Source: Candidatus Aenigmatarchaeota archaeon (GTDB lineage Archaea; Aenigmatarchaeota; Aenigmatarchaeia; PWEA01). From it: a stretch of DNA of 64,000 nucleotides. Shown here one piece after another: positions 18,832 to 27,846 of the stretch. The first letter of the stretch is position 1, and every line of letters starts with the position of its first letter. The position numbers were made by a program, and so were the translations under genes. The notes under the pieces are model-generated. The model saw nothing but the letters and a program-made list of their open reading frames with translations. It ran no database searches and was not told the origin of the DNA. The DNA lies in the NCBI GenBank assembly GCA_046539325.1, contig JBKHHD010000004.1, positions 16,549 to 80,548 on the forward strand, written 5' to 3'.

Positions 18832-19839
18832 ATGATAGAGATAGACGGAAGTTACGGCGAAGGCGGAGGACAGATAGTTAGGACATCCACGGCACTGTCG
18901 GCTCTTGCCGGTAAGAATATAGTTGTAAAGAATATAAGATCAAATAGATCTACGCCTGGCCTGAGACCACAACACGTAAAGGGTGTAGAAACCTTAGCTG
19001 AGTTCTGTGAAGCTGAAACAAGCGGTGTGGAAGTGGGCAGCAAGAAAATTACGTTTGAGCCTGGGGAAGTTAGAGCAAAGGACCTGGAGGTTGACATCGG
19101 AACGGCGGGCTCCGTGGCACTTCTTCTTCAGTCCATAATGCCTGCTTTGATGCAATGCGAGAAGAAAGTTGAGGTAAAGCTTAAAGGGGGTACAAACGTT
19201 AAGTGGAGTCCACCTATCGACTACCTTAAACATGTCTTACTTCCTATACTTCGAGACCACGGTTACGAAGCTTACGTGGAGGTTGAGAAACGTGGATTCT
19301 ATCCTAAAGGTGGCGGTGAAGTTACTTTTAAGTTCCATGGATCTGATTTGGAAGAATTCAATCTAACAGAAAGGGGTGGAAGCAAGAACATAGAAGGCGT
19401 ATCTTACGCTTCTGAACACCTGAAGGATGCAAACGTAGCCGAAAGACAAGCCGAGGCTGCACGTAAACATCTATGGGAAGAGTTCGAACTGACACCAGAG
19501 ATAAGAGAAGAGCACTGCGACTCCCGATCACCTGGTTCAGGCGTTCAGCTGTGGTTAAAAACCGAGAACTCCGTCATCGGAGGAAACGCCCTCGGTGAAA
19601 AAGGCAAGCCTTCAGAAAAAGTAGGCAAGGAGGCTGCCAAGGACCTTATAAATAACTCAAAGGGTGCAGTGGATAGGTATGCTGGTGACCAGCTGCTGCC
19701 CTTTCTTATGGTTTCAAGTGGGAGAATAAAGCCTGCCCAAATTACTAAGCATTGTAAGACAAACCAAAGGATAATAGAAAAGTTTTTCGACTCTGGTTTT
19801 GAATTATCACGAAGAACTAAAGAGATTAAGATTCTTTAA
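18832..19839 (+). CDS. rtcA: RNA 3'-terminal phosphate cyclase
   Basis: N-terminal IDGSYGEGGGQIVRTSTALSAL signature. Confidence 0.85.
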   Translation: MIEIDGSYGEGGGQIVRTSTALSALAGKNIVVKNIRSNRSTPGLRPQHVKGVETLAEFCEAETSGVEVGSKKITFEPGEVRAKDLEVDIGTAGSVALLLQSIMPALMQCEKKVEVKLKGGTNVKWSPPIDYLKHVLLPILRDHGYEAYVEVEKRGFYPKGGGEVTFKFHGSDLEEFNLTERGGSKNIEGVSYASEHLKDANVAERQAEAARKHLWEEFELTPEIREEHCDSRSPGSGVQLWLKTENSVIGGNALGEKGKPSEKVGKEAAKDLINNSKGAVDRYAGDQLLPFLMVSSGRIKPAQITKHCKTNQRIIEKFFDSGFELSRRTKEIKIL

Positions 19840-20212
19840 ATGTTTCCGGCGTAGTGTTGAATACCAGATTTCCTTCCTCCAATATTTCCTTTATGTAGTT
19901 GTCATACTTGGATATGATTGCGTACCCTTCGGAGAAATGTTCATCTTCTTTTCTAGGAACATTTTCCGGGTCTCTTATTTTTCTTTGGGGGGTTTTATTA
20001 AACCAACATCCCTTGCCTCCTGAGTTTCTTGGTGTATATACAACATTTATGGGTGGTTCAAGATCAAACTCTTCAAGTCTATCTCTGTTTATTGCTATTT
20101 CGTACCAGTCTAATTCCTCGCTTATGTCACAAATTCCAGTTTCGTAAAGATTTTGGGCTATTTTTTGTAATCTTCCACTACAGAAAGGGAGGTTCTTTTT
20201 CCATGAGTACAT
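19826..20212 (-). CDS. hypothetical protein
   Basis: 128-aa ORF convergent with rtcA. Confidence 0.4.
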   Translation of the reverse strand: MYSWKKNLPFCSGRLQKIAQNLYETGICDISEELDWYEIAINRDRLEEFDLEPPINVVYTPRNSGGKGCWFNKTPQRKIRDPENVPRKEDEHFSEGYAIISKYDNYIKEILEEGNLVFNTTPETFKES

Positions 20213-20251
20213 ACAGTAATTATGTGAAGAAATAAATAAAAAGTTGGGAGG

Positions 20252-20698
20252 TCACTGGACCTCTATTTCTTCCTCTTCTGTCTTCTTCTTTTCCTTCTTC
20301 GGCAATGTGATCTCAAGGACTCCTTCTTCCATTTCCGCCTCTGCTTTTTCGGATTCGACCTCTTCCGGAAGCGTTATAGTTCTCTTCATCCCTGATCTCT
20401 TTCGCTCCCTTCGGTAGTAGTTCTCTTTCTGTACTTGCCTTTCGCCTTCTTCCTTGCAGGAAATCATCAGCTGGTTCTCTCTGGCCTTCACTGCGACGTT
20501 CTCCTTGTCCACACCGGGTAGGTCGGCCTTGACCACTATGTTTCCATTTTCTTCGCGGACGTCAACAGGGAAGCCTCTCATGGTTCCTGCGGCCCTTGGC
20601 CCTCTCTGCCAGAAGTCCTTCACAAGCTTGTTCATCCTTTCCTGCATGTCTTCGATTTCCTTAAACGGATCTTTAACGGGCATATAAATCACCTCCAT
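20252..20698 (-). CDS. Hsp20/alpha-crystallin small heat shock protein
   Basis: ACD region GNIVVKADLPGVDKENV...ITLP. Confidence 0.85.
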   Translation of the reverse strand: MEVIYMPVKDPFKEIEDMQERMNKLVKDFWQRGPRAAGTMRGFPVDVREENGNIVVKADLPGVDKENVAVKARENQLMISCKEEGERQVQKENYYRRERKRSGMKRTITLPEEVESEKAEAEMEEGVLEITLPKKEKKKTEEEEIEVQ

Positions 20699-20790
20699 AG
20701 TTTTTTGTTTACGGTGGTTTTTGTGTTTACATAAATTAAAATAAGATCTATTTAAAGGTTACCCAGAACCCAGTAACTCATCAAAACAGA

Positions 20791-21345
20791 CTAGAAGAGG
20801 TCCTTCCACCAGCGTTTCTCTTTGTCTTTGATCCTCCCCAACATCTCCTTCGCGGTCTCAGTTTCCAGCTGTCCGTCGATAGTTTCTATCCAGAACTCGG
20901 CACCTTCATTGCCGTCTTTGACGTACTCCTTGGCCTGGATCGCACATTCGATGAGGTCCGCGTCCCTTGCGACGATGGCTTCCTCGCTATCTCCGTGGTT
21001 GAAGCCTTCCAGAATTTCTCTGTATTCCTCTCCATACTTTCCAGGTATTTTCTTGCTTTGGTCCTCGATTGCCTTGTCCTCTGCCCTATCTTTGCCGTGA
21101 TAGACCATTTCGACCTTCTCCAGATCACCTATCCTTGTTTCGGGTACATCATGGAACAGAAGCATCTTGACCACTTCGTTTTCGTCCACTCCTTCTTCTC
21201 TCGCAAGGAAGTAACCGACTACGGTGGCTCTGAATGAATGCTCCGCGACGCTTTCGGGGTCCGGGACAGAAATCCTGTGCCACCCCGACCTGCTTTCCTT
21301 CTTAAGTTCCCCGACTTCGAACAGGAAATCCACTAGATCCTTCAT
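20791..21345 (-). CDS. HD-domain phosphohydrolase (YfbR-like)
   Basis: HSFRATVV...LFHDVPETRIGD motifs. Confidence 0.7.
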   Translation of the reverse strand: MKDLVDFLFEVGELKKESRSGWHRISVPDPESVAEHSFRATVVGYFLAREEGVDENEVVKMLLFHDVPETRIGDLEKVEMVYHGKDRAEDKAIEDQSKKIPGKYGEEYREILEGFNHGDSEEAIVARDADLIECAIQAKEYVKDGNEGAEFWIETIDGQLETETAKEMLGRIKDKEKRWWKDLF

Positions 21346-21361
21346 GCTACTACAGTTTCCA

Positions 21362-21928
21362 ATGGAGTTTAATAAATGTTTCTTCCTGCCAGCCGATAAG
21401 TTTTTAAATTATACATTTGAAGGATTAGGTGGGGTGTTTCGTTTGGTAGAAAGGCCTGTTTCAGTGGCTATTTCCGCTCTAGTGGACGGAGACAAGATAC
21501 TCCTCATAAACCGTGAGCGAGGCGACTACACCGGACTGTGGGGTCTTCCCGGCGGCAAGATCGAAGGGGACGAACATATACACCAGGCGGCCGAGAGGGA
21601 GATTCAGGAAGAAACAGGCATCGACGCCGACTTCGAGGAACATCTGGCCATCGTCTCGGAACACCTAAAGGAGGACGGTGAAATACTGAAGCACCTGATT
21701 CTCCATATCTGCGAGCTAGAACCTCTTCATACCGACTTTTCCACAACGGAGGAGGGAGATCTAAAGTGGTTCGACCTGGAAGAGATAGAGTCCCAGAGAG
21801 AAAACCTTATACCGAGCGACTATTTCTTTATAGAGAGGTTCGTCAAGGGCGATGAGGACGGATGCTTCAAGTGCGGTATCCTTAAAGACGGCAGTGAGCA
21901 TACCCTGGAGAAGTTCGAGAAGGTATGA
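21362..21928 (+). CDS. NUDIX hydrolase
   Basis: Nudix box GGKIEGDEHIHQAAEREIQEETGI. The track ORF starts at 21224 but overlaps the divergent HD gene, so I take Met at 21362 as the start. Confidence 0.8.
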   Translation: MEFNKCFFLPADKFLNYTFEGLGGVFRLVERPVSVAISALVDGDKILLINRERGDYTGLWGLPGGKIEGDEHIHQAAEREIQEETGIDADFEEHLAIVSEHLKEDGEILKHLILHICELEPLHTDFSTTEEGDLKWFDLEEIESQRENLIPSDYFFIERFVKGDEDGCFKCGILKDGSEHTLEKFEKV

Positions 21929-22438
21929 TTACCTCATTTTCTTGTAGTAGTACAGGAGAAGGACGGCAACTACAGCGAACAGAATAACAGCTGCCGCTAG
22001 ATGTATGTTTCCACTTGTAGCTTCAGCCGTTGTCTCTGCGACACCCGTTGCTTCTTCGGTCATCGTTCCAGGATCCGCTGATTCTTTCATTTGATAACCC
22101 GTTTCAAAGTAGGAGTACAGCTGCTGGATCCCTATAACTCCGGCAACTGCAGACGAAGCGAAAAGCAAGACCTGTTTAACTCTGTTTCCGACGACGTCCT
22201 TGCCTTTCTTCGTGAGCTCGTAGTAGACCCATTTCTTCCCTTCTTCGTCCAGCTTGTTTACAAACTTGGCGTCGAGAAGCTTGTTCAGGTGTTCGTGGAC
22301 CGTTGACTTCGAGAGATCGAGTTTCCTGGAGAGTTCTGTAACTGTCATATTTCTCTCGTCTAACAGCTTGATTATCTCCTTTCTTGTATCCGAAGAAAGC
22401 ACCTTTGCTGTCTCCTCGTTCAGTCTCAGGTTTGTCAT
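21929..22438 (-). CDS. ArsR-like wHTH regulator with C-terminal transmembrane anchor
   Basis: N-terminal wHTH (TVTELSRKLDLSKSTVHEHLNKL), then hydrophobic helices LLFASSAVAGVIG and AAAVILFAVVAVLLLYYY. Confidence 0.65.
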   Translation of the reverse strand: MTNLRLNEETAKVLSSDTRKEIIKLLDERNMTVTELSRKLDLSKSTVHEHLNKLLDAKFVNKLDEEGKKWVYYELTKKGKDVVGNRVKQVLLFASSAVAGVIGIQQLYSYFETGYQMKESADPGTMTEEATGVAETTAEATSGNIHLAAAVILFAVVAVLLLYYYKKMR

Positions 22439-22546
22439 AGGTTTAAACAGTGATCGAGAAAATTTAAATGTTTCAAAAACGTTCGGTCCAAACCGAACGT
22501 ATTCGTAACCGTTTTATATGAGGGAAGAGTATAGATACTTGATAAA

Positions 22547-23041
22547 ATGAAAAGAGATAAAACAGCAGTCATGATCGCGTTCTTAGTAATTTCGACCGCT
22601 TTAATGGGCTTCGTAGCCGCAGCCGAGGATTCTGGATACAATGCAGACGTGGAAGTATTAAACTCGGACTGTTCTTCAACTCCAAACAGAACAGAAATTA
22701 CAGAAAGAAATTCCACGGAAAACGGAGTAGTTTTCCACGGAGTTTTCCAGACACCGAATCCCTGTCACACTGTCAACGTTTCTAGTCTGGAAAAGGATGG
22801 TGAAACGTACACTCTCGACCTGACTGCAAATTCAGAGGAAGGGATGTGCGTACAGTGTGTAGGAGCCGTGACCTACGAAGTGAACTTCACAGCGGAAGAG
22901 TCCGGGGAACTTGAAGTTATGCACGATGGCAAGAGAGTGGATACCATAGAGTTCGAGGTAGAAGGAACAAATACCGGAACCAGCGGAAAGAACCTTTTTG
23001 AAGTGGCTTCTGACTGGTTCAGTTCTGTCTTTGGATTCTAA
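22547..23041 (+). CDS. secreted protein, hypothetical
   Basis: Signal peptide MKRDKTAVMIAFLVISTALMGFVAAA; Cys-containing beta-rich domain. Confidence 0.5.
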   Translation: MKRDKTAVMIAFLVISTALMGFVAAAEDSGYNADVEVLNSDCSSTPNRTEITERNSTENGVVFHGVFQTPNPCHTVNVSSLEKDGETYTLDLTANSEEGMCVQCVGAVTYEVNFTAEESGELEVMHDGKRVDTIEFEVEGTNTGTSGKNLFEVASDWFSSVFGF

Positions 23042-23220
23042 AACCCCCGATTCCTTGTTTTTATTTTTCCAATCTAATGAGTTTTAAATTTCTTTACGTC
23101 TAATGTATGGTGTGTGGGAGAACTTATGTTCGACACGGAAAGATGTGTTTACATTGAGGAAGTCGACGATGCCTGGAAAGAAGACTATGAGGAACTGAGA
23201 GATCAAGGTAGAATTTGATC

Positions 23221-23484
23221 TCAGTCCTCCGTAACGTAGACCAGGAACTTGCCCTCGGGCGGGGCCGAGACCTCCAGTTTTAGGTCCTTAATGAGTCTGT
23301 AGTATCTCCTCCTTCCTTCTTTGTAGCTTTCTATAATACCTCCCCCCTCTAGTTTTTCCAGGTGATGTTTCGTCCTCTTTCCGTCCATGTCGGTCAGTTC
23401 CATAAGTTCCGAGACGTACCTATCTTCCCGACTCAGATGTTTCAGTATCTCCAACCTTTTCTTGGATCCTATTATCTCCAACAT
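23221..23484 (-). CDS. ArsR family wHTH transcriptional regulator
   Basis: KKRLEILKHLSREDRYVSELMELTDMDGKRTKHHLEKL. Confidence 0.7.
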   Translation of the reverse strand: MLEIIGSKKRLEILKHLSREDRYVSELMELTDMDGKRTKHHLEKLEGGGIIESYKEGRRRYYRLIKDLKLEVSAPPEGKFLVYVTED

Positions 23485-23546
23485 ATATGTATAAAATTAC
23501 TAAAAACATTTATATATTTTACCTGTAAGTAGAAGAATGTGATATA

Positions 23547-23825
23547 ATGGAAATTTCAGACAACAAATCCGAAGGCAGAAAAAACATCGAGGGCAACTTC
23601 AACAAGGAGTTCTACATGGGAAGAGAAGAACTCAGTGATTTTCTCAAGAACCTGGCAGATGAAATAGAGCAGGGAAATGAACTGGAGATAAAGACTGACG
23701 AGTGGGTCCTTCCCTTCAAGTTCAGGGACAACGTAGAAGTAGAAATAGACAAGGATTACGAGGAGCTGGAGATAGAGCTGGAGTTCGAAGAGTTCGAGAA
23801 GAAGGAGAACGTCACAGTAGGCTAA
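23547..23825 (+). CDS. small acidic protein, amphi-Trp-domain-like
   Basis: About 90 aa with the amphi-Trp-like pattern (LSDFLKNLADEIEQG ... EIELEFEE); tentative. Confidence 0.35.
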   Translation: MEISDNKSEGRKNIEGNFNKEFYMGREELSDFLKNLADEIEQGNELEIKTDEWVLPFKFRDNVEVEIDKDYEELEIELEFEEFEKKENVTVG

Positions 23826-23887
23826 TGCCCTCAACCCCTTATTTTTTATTTTATACCTTGGATACCGTACTTTTGTGAGGTGAAAGG

Positions 23888-24383
23888 ATGAAAGATATGT
23901 GGAGAGAAGTCCCAGCCGGTGAAGACGTACCAAAGGTTGTAAACGCAGTTGTGGAAATCCCCGAAGGATCCAAGAACAAGTACGAATACAGCAAGGAGTA
24001 CGGAGGCTTCAAGCTGGACCGTGTACTACACTCCACGGTTTTCTACCCAGGAGACTATGGCTTCATACCCCAAACACTTTACGATGACGGAGATCCACTG
24101 GATGTTCTTGTTTTGGTAAACGAGCCTACTTTCCCAGGATGTGTGATACCTGTCAAGCCCGTTGCTCTGGTAGAGATGAAGGACGGTGAGGAAAGCGACG
24201 ACAAGGTCCTGGCGGTTCCCGTAAACGATCCCAACTTTCAGGAAATGGAAACAAAAGAGGACATACCTTCCCACCGTCTGAAGGAGACGAGCACACGGAG
24301 GTACTTGGTTGGGGAACAAAGGAGGAAGCATACGAAGCTATCGAGAACTCCTTTGAGAAGTTCAAGGAAGGAGAGAATTCGTA
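23888..24383 (+). pseudogene. ppa: inorganic pyrophosphatase (family I) with frameshift and missing conserved segment
   Basis: Family-I PPase motifs run through ...NDPNFQEMETKEDIPSHRLKE. The authentic C-terminus DEHTEVLGWGTKEEAYEAIENSFEKFKEGENS* is in the -1 frame and ends at 24383. The junction near 24283-24290 is consistent with a single-T deletion. The ~11-codon FFxxYKxLE segment is absent. Confidence 0.65.
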
Positions 24384-24428
24384 ACCGGTGTTCGAAAAGT
24401 TAAATAAATTCAAGTCAAACAGTGCTAT

Positions 24429-25322
24429 ATGAAGCGCCTGATAGCCCTGGTTGCACTTATTTGGATCTTTTCAGTTCCAGGAGCTGTCGCCGCGGAGAGC
24501 CATGATATCACATTTGAAGTTAAGGATGGGTCTGTCGAAGTAGGTGAGGAACTAGTACTTGGCAACGATACAGAAGAGCTGAGATTCTTTGTACCAGGTG
24601 ACACCTACAACATCCGCACACGGATAGATGGCGATCCTACGACCTTCGACCTTGTGGATGAAGACAACAAGAGAATAATGGTCTTGGACATCGAAGAGAG
24701 CGCGGAAACAGCTTCCCTCGAGTACGAATCCTCTGAGCCTGTCGATGAAGGGAGCCCATCTTACTTCGTATACGGCTTTCGTACCGATAGGCGAACAGAA
24801 AATGTCGATATAAAGCTGGTACTTCCAGAAGGGGCTGTTCTGTCCGGATCTCTTGACTCTACTACGCCGCCTGTAAACCCGCAGCCTGAAGAGGTCACTA
24901 CAACAGGTAAAAGGCTTGTGATCAGGTGGCATGAAGAAGACTTCGAACCTGAAGACACCTTCTCTATGTTCGTTTCGTACGAGGAGGACAGTTTCAACTG
25001 GTTGTATCTCCTTCCGTTGCTCGCTCTGGGCGTCATTGCAGCCTTGTTTTTCTACTACAGAAAAAAGCGTGTAGAGGAAGTACTGGACTCGTTTTCACAT
25101 CTCTTGGACAAAGAGAAGAAGATCGTCGAGGAGCTGGCCAAGGCCGATGAAAACACATTATGGCAGAAGCAACTTCAGCACAGAACGGGTTTCACCAAGT
25201 CCAAACTCAGCCGTACGGTACGGAATCTCGAGGAAAGAAACGTCTTGGAGAAGATACCCCACGGAACCTCAAACAAGGTGAGACTGATCTTAGAGGGCGG
25301 CTCAGACGAAAAGGAGGACTAA
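24429..25322 (+). CDS. membrane one-component regulator: signal peptide + extracytoplasmic domain + TM + C-terminal wHTH
   Basis: Signal peptide MKRLIALVALIWIFSVPGAVAA, about 190-aa exported domain, TM helix LYLLPLLALGVIAALFFYY, then MarR/ArsR-like wHTH (KQLQHRTGFTKSKLSRTVRNLEERNVLEK). Confidence 0.6.
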   Translation: MKRLIALVALIWIFSVPGAVAAESHDITFEVKDGSVEVGEELVLGNDTEELRFFVPGDTYNIRTRIDGDPTTFDLVDEDNKRIMVLDIEESAETASLEYESSEPVDEGSPSYFVYGFRTDRRTENVDIKLVLPEGAVLSGSLDSTTPPVNPQPEEVTTTGKRLVIRWHEEDFEPEDTFSMFVSYEEDSFNWLYLLPLLALGVIAALFFYYRKKRVEEVLDSFSHLLDKEKKIVEELAKADENTLWQKQLQHRTGFTKSKLSRTVRNLEERNVLEKIPHGTSNKVRLILEGGSDEKED

Positions 25323-25414
25323 TTCTCTTACTTGTTGCGACTTGTTTCGCGCCGTTTCGGCCAACCTTCAAGGGGTAAAGACTACAAGTTAATGGTACGT
25401 GGAGGTGTTAAATT

Positions 25415-26170
25415 ATGAAAAAGATTGCAAAGGTTCTGACAGCTTTGGTAGCATCAGTCCTGATCTTCTCACCACTGGCTGCTGCACAGCCCCAGCTTCC
25501 TGATCCAGGAATTACACCGGATAGTCCCTTTTACGGTTTGGACAAGGCCTTCGATAGGTTTCAGTCCAGTGAAGCCGTAGCGGACGAAAGAGTAGCTGAG
25601 ATCAAGGCCATGGCCGAGGAAGACAAGACGGAAGCCATGGAAAAGGCCGTTGAAGGATACGAAGGAGGGATGCAGAGGTCAGAAAGAGAAGCAGGCAACG
25701 ATACCAACAGATTAGAAGAGAAAGCAAGACAGGCAAGCAACCACATGGCTCACCTGGCTAACGTCAGCGAAAGAGTTCCTGAACAGGCTAGACAGGGGAT
25801 TGAGAGAGCTATGGAAGACGGTGCACGTTCCAGGGAAAGATCCGTAGAGGGCATCAACAGAACAGATCCAGAAAGAGCTAGGAATGTAGCAGAAGCCACA
25901 CTGGAGGAAGTAATGGCCAACACGCCTGAACAGGCAAGAAAGGGTCTTGAGACAGCTCTGGACAACGTCAGAAGAGAAAGAGGTGGAAAGCGTATAGGTC
26001 CACCTTCCAACGCCAGCGAAAGAGGTCCTGAAGGGAGAATTCCCGACGAAGAAGAGAGAGGTGAAAACGGACCCGAGAACGGTGGTCCGGATAACGTGAC
26101 CGAAGAGACAGAAGCAGGAGAAGAAGCTGAAAACGGATCCGAAGACGAAGAACCCCAGTCGCCTGTATAG
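25415..26170 (+). CDS. secreted low-complexity protein with PEQAR(Q/K)G repeats
   Basis: Signal peptide; internal repeats PEQARQGIERAMEDG / PEQARKGLETALDNV; acidic C-terminal tail. Confidence 0.5.
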   Translation: MKKIAKVLTALVASVLIFSPLAAAQPQLPDPGITPDSPFYGLDKAFDRFQSSEAVADERVAEIKAMAEEDKTEAMEKAVEGYEGGMQRSEREAGNDTNRLEEKARQASNHMAHLANVSERVPEQARQGIERAMEDGARSRERSVEGINRTDPERARNVAEATLEEVMANTPEQARKGLETALDNVRRERGGKRIGPPSNASERGPEGRIPDEEERGENGPENGGPDNVTEETEAGEEAENGSEDEEPQSPV

Positions 26171-26258
26171 GCGGTCCAACCCTTATTTTTTCTTTATTTC
26201 TTCAGTATACTTCTTTTACGAATTAAAACTTTTTAATACAGCTTCCAATAACTAGCCT

Positions 26259-26456
26259 ATGAAAGACAGGATAGGTGAGCTTGCCGGGAAAATCTATCAT
26301 TTTTTGGAGAGTAACGGAGAAGCCAGCATGAGCCAGATAGCGAAGAACATAGATGGTCCAAAATCTAAGACGAATATGGCAATAGGTTGGTTGGCAAGGG
26401 AAGATAAACTCGAGTTCTTCAAGAAGGGCAATGGAACCGGTATAAGGCTCAAGTAG
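26259..26456 (+). CDS. small winged-helix protein (DUF2582-like)
   Basis: 65 aa; SMSQIAKNIDGPKSKTNMAIGWLAREDKL fits a minimal wHTH. Confidence 0.45.
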   Translation: MKDRIGELAGKIYHFLESNGEASMSQIAKNIDGPKSKTNMAIGWLAREDKLEFFKKGNGTGIRLK

Positions 26457-26512
26457 GTCTTAGACTGAAACACATCTCTTCCAGTTACATACATAACAGC
26501 TAAAGGAGTTTT

Positions 26513-27826
26513 ATGTTAAAGAGAGAGACTTGGGATACAAGGATAGGTTTCATACTAGCGGCCGTGGGGAGCGCAGTTGGCCTCGGAAACATATGGCGCT
26601 TTCCCTTTCGTGCAGGCCAGGCCGGCGGAGCAGCCTTCGTGATAATATACCTTGCCTTCGTATTTCTGATAGGACTTCCTTCCTTACTTGTGGAGTTCGT
26701 GATAGGTCGCAGAGCGAAGAAAGACGTCGTAGACGCCTTCGATGAAATAGGTTACGGAAAGTGGAAGTTTGTAGGGATTATCGGTGCGGTCACAGGCTTC
26801 ATAATAACAGCTTACTACAGCGTCGTGAGCGGATGGGTTCTGAGGTATATCGGTGCGAGCGCGACAGGAAGCTACTTTGCCGACGTATCCGGCTACTTTG
26901 AAACTATCTCCACCGGAACAGGAGCTTTACTGTTCCACCTTGTTTTCATGGGTATAATCGCCGGAATCGATTCCCTCGGTGTGAAGAAGGGTATAGAAAA
27001 GACTGTCAAGTTCATGGTCCCTGCGATAGCTTTCCTCTTCGGAATTCTTGGTATCTATGCATTCACTCTGGAAGGCTCGGGTGCTGGCTACTCCTTCTAC
27101 CTTTCCCCAGACTTCGCGTACATAGCCGAGAACTGGTTTTCGATACTGTCCGAAGCTGCTGGACAGGCCTTCTTTACACTGTCCCTGGGAATGGGTGCTC
27201 TGGTGACCTACGCCTCGTATCTACACGGGGAGAAAAATATGTTCGAGGACGCCGCATCCATAGTTGGCTTCGACACATTAATAGCTGTAATCGGAGGCTT
27301 CGTAGTTTTCCCACTTCTCTTCGCTGCAGGGATAAGACCCGCCGAACCAGGTGCCGGGGCACTTTTCATCGGAGTCAGTGAAGCGATCGCGCAGATACCC
27401 GGAGGCCGTGCCATAGGCTTCATGCTCTTTTTCGCAGTCTTCATAGCAGCGCTTTCCAGCGCAGTGAGTATCCTGGAGGTTATAGTTTCCTACGCAGTCG
27501 ACCACCTCGGCATAAGGAGAAAGGTGGCTTCACCACTGGTCGCAACCCTGATATTTCTGGCCGGTGTTCCTGTTGCACTCCGAGGATCGTTGCTGGGAGT
27601 GTACGACCATTTCGCCTCGAAAGTCCTACTTCCCCTTGGCATGTTCCTCCTAGTGTTGTTCGTGGGATGGTTTTTCAAGGAATCAGGGGATGAACTCTCA
27701 AAGGGAATAGAATCAAAAAAGTGGGTAAAGGTATGGCTCTGGTACGTACGGATCCCGATCCTCCTGGTCACGGCCTTCGTTCTAGTCATAAACGTACTCG
27801 ATTACCTCGGAGTTCTGGTCTTATAG
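26513..27826 (+). CDS. sodium-dependent transporter, SNF/NSS family
   Basis: N-terminal TW.TR.GFILAAVGSAVGLGNIWRFPF signature; 11-12 TM helices. Confidence 0.9.
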   Translation: MLKRETWDTRIGFILAAVGSAVGLGNIWRFPFRAGQAGGAAFVIIYLAFVFLIGLPSLLVEFVIGRRAKKDVVDAFDEIGYGKWKFVGIIGAVTGFIITAYYSVVSGWVLRYIGASATGSYFADVSGYFETISTGTGALLFHLVFMGIIAGIDSLGVKKGIEKTVKFMVPAIAFLFGILGIYAFTLEGSGAGYSFYLSPDFAYIAENWFSILSEAAGQAFFTLSLGMGALVTYASYLHGEKNMFEDAASIVGFDTLIAVIGGFVVFPLLFAAGIRPAEPGAGALFIGVSEAIAQIPGGRAIGFMLFFAVFIAALSSAVSILEVIVSYAVDHLGIRRKVASPLVATLIFLAGVPVALRGSLLGVYDHFASKVLLPLGMFLLVLFVGWFFKESGDELSKGIESKKWVKVWLWYVRIPILLVTAFVLVINVLDYLGVLVL

Positions 27827-27846
27827 ATAAAAATAAAGAAAGGGGG

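Noticed and set aside
21224-21361. Long N-terminal extension of the NUDIX ORF overlapping the divergent HD gene
   Set aside because: The extension lacks protein-like composition and overlaps the opposite-strand start. Met at 21362 (or the GTG at 21434) is the more plausible start.
23126-23221. 31-codon ORF (MFDTERCVYIEEVDDAWKEDYEELRDQGRI) in the 23042-23220 intergenic region
   Set aside because: Too short and featureless to call; kept only as a note.
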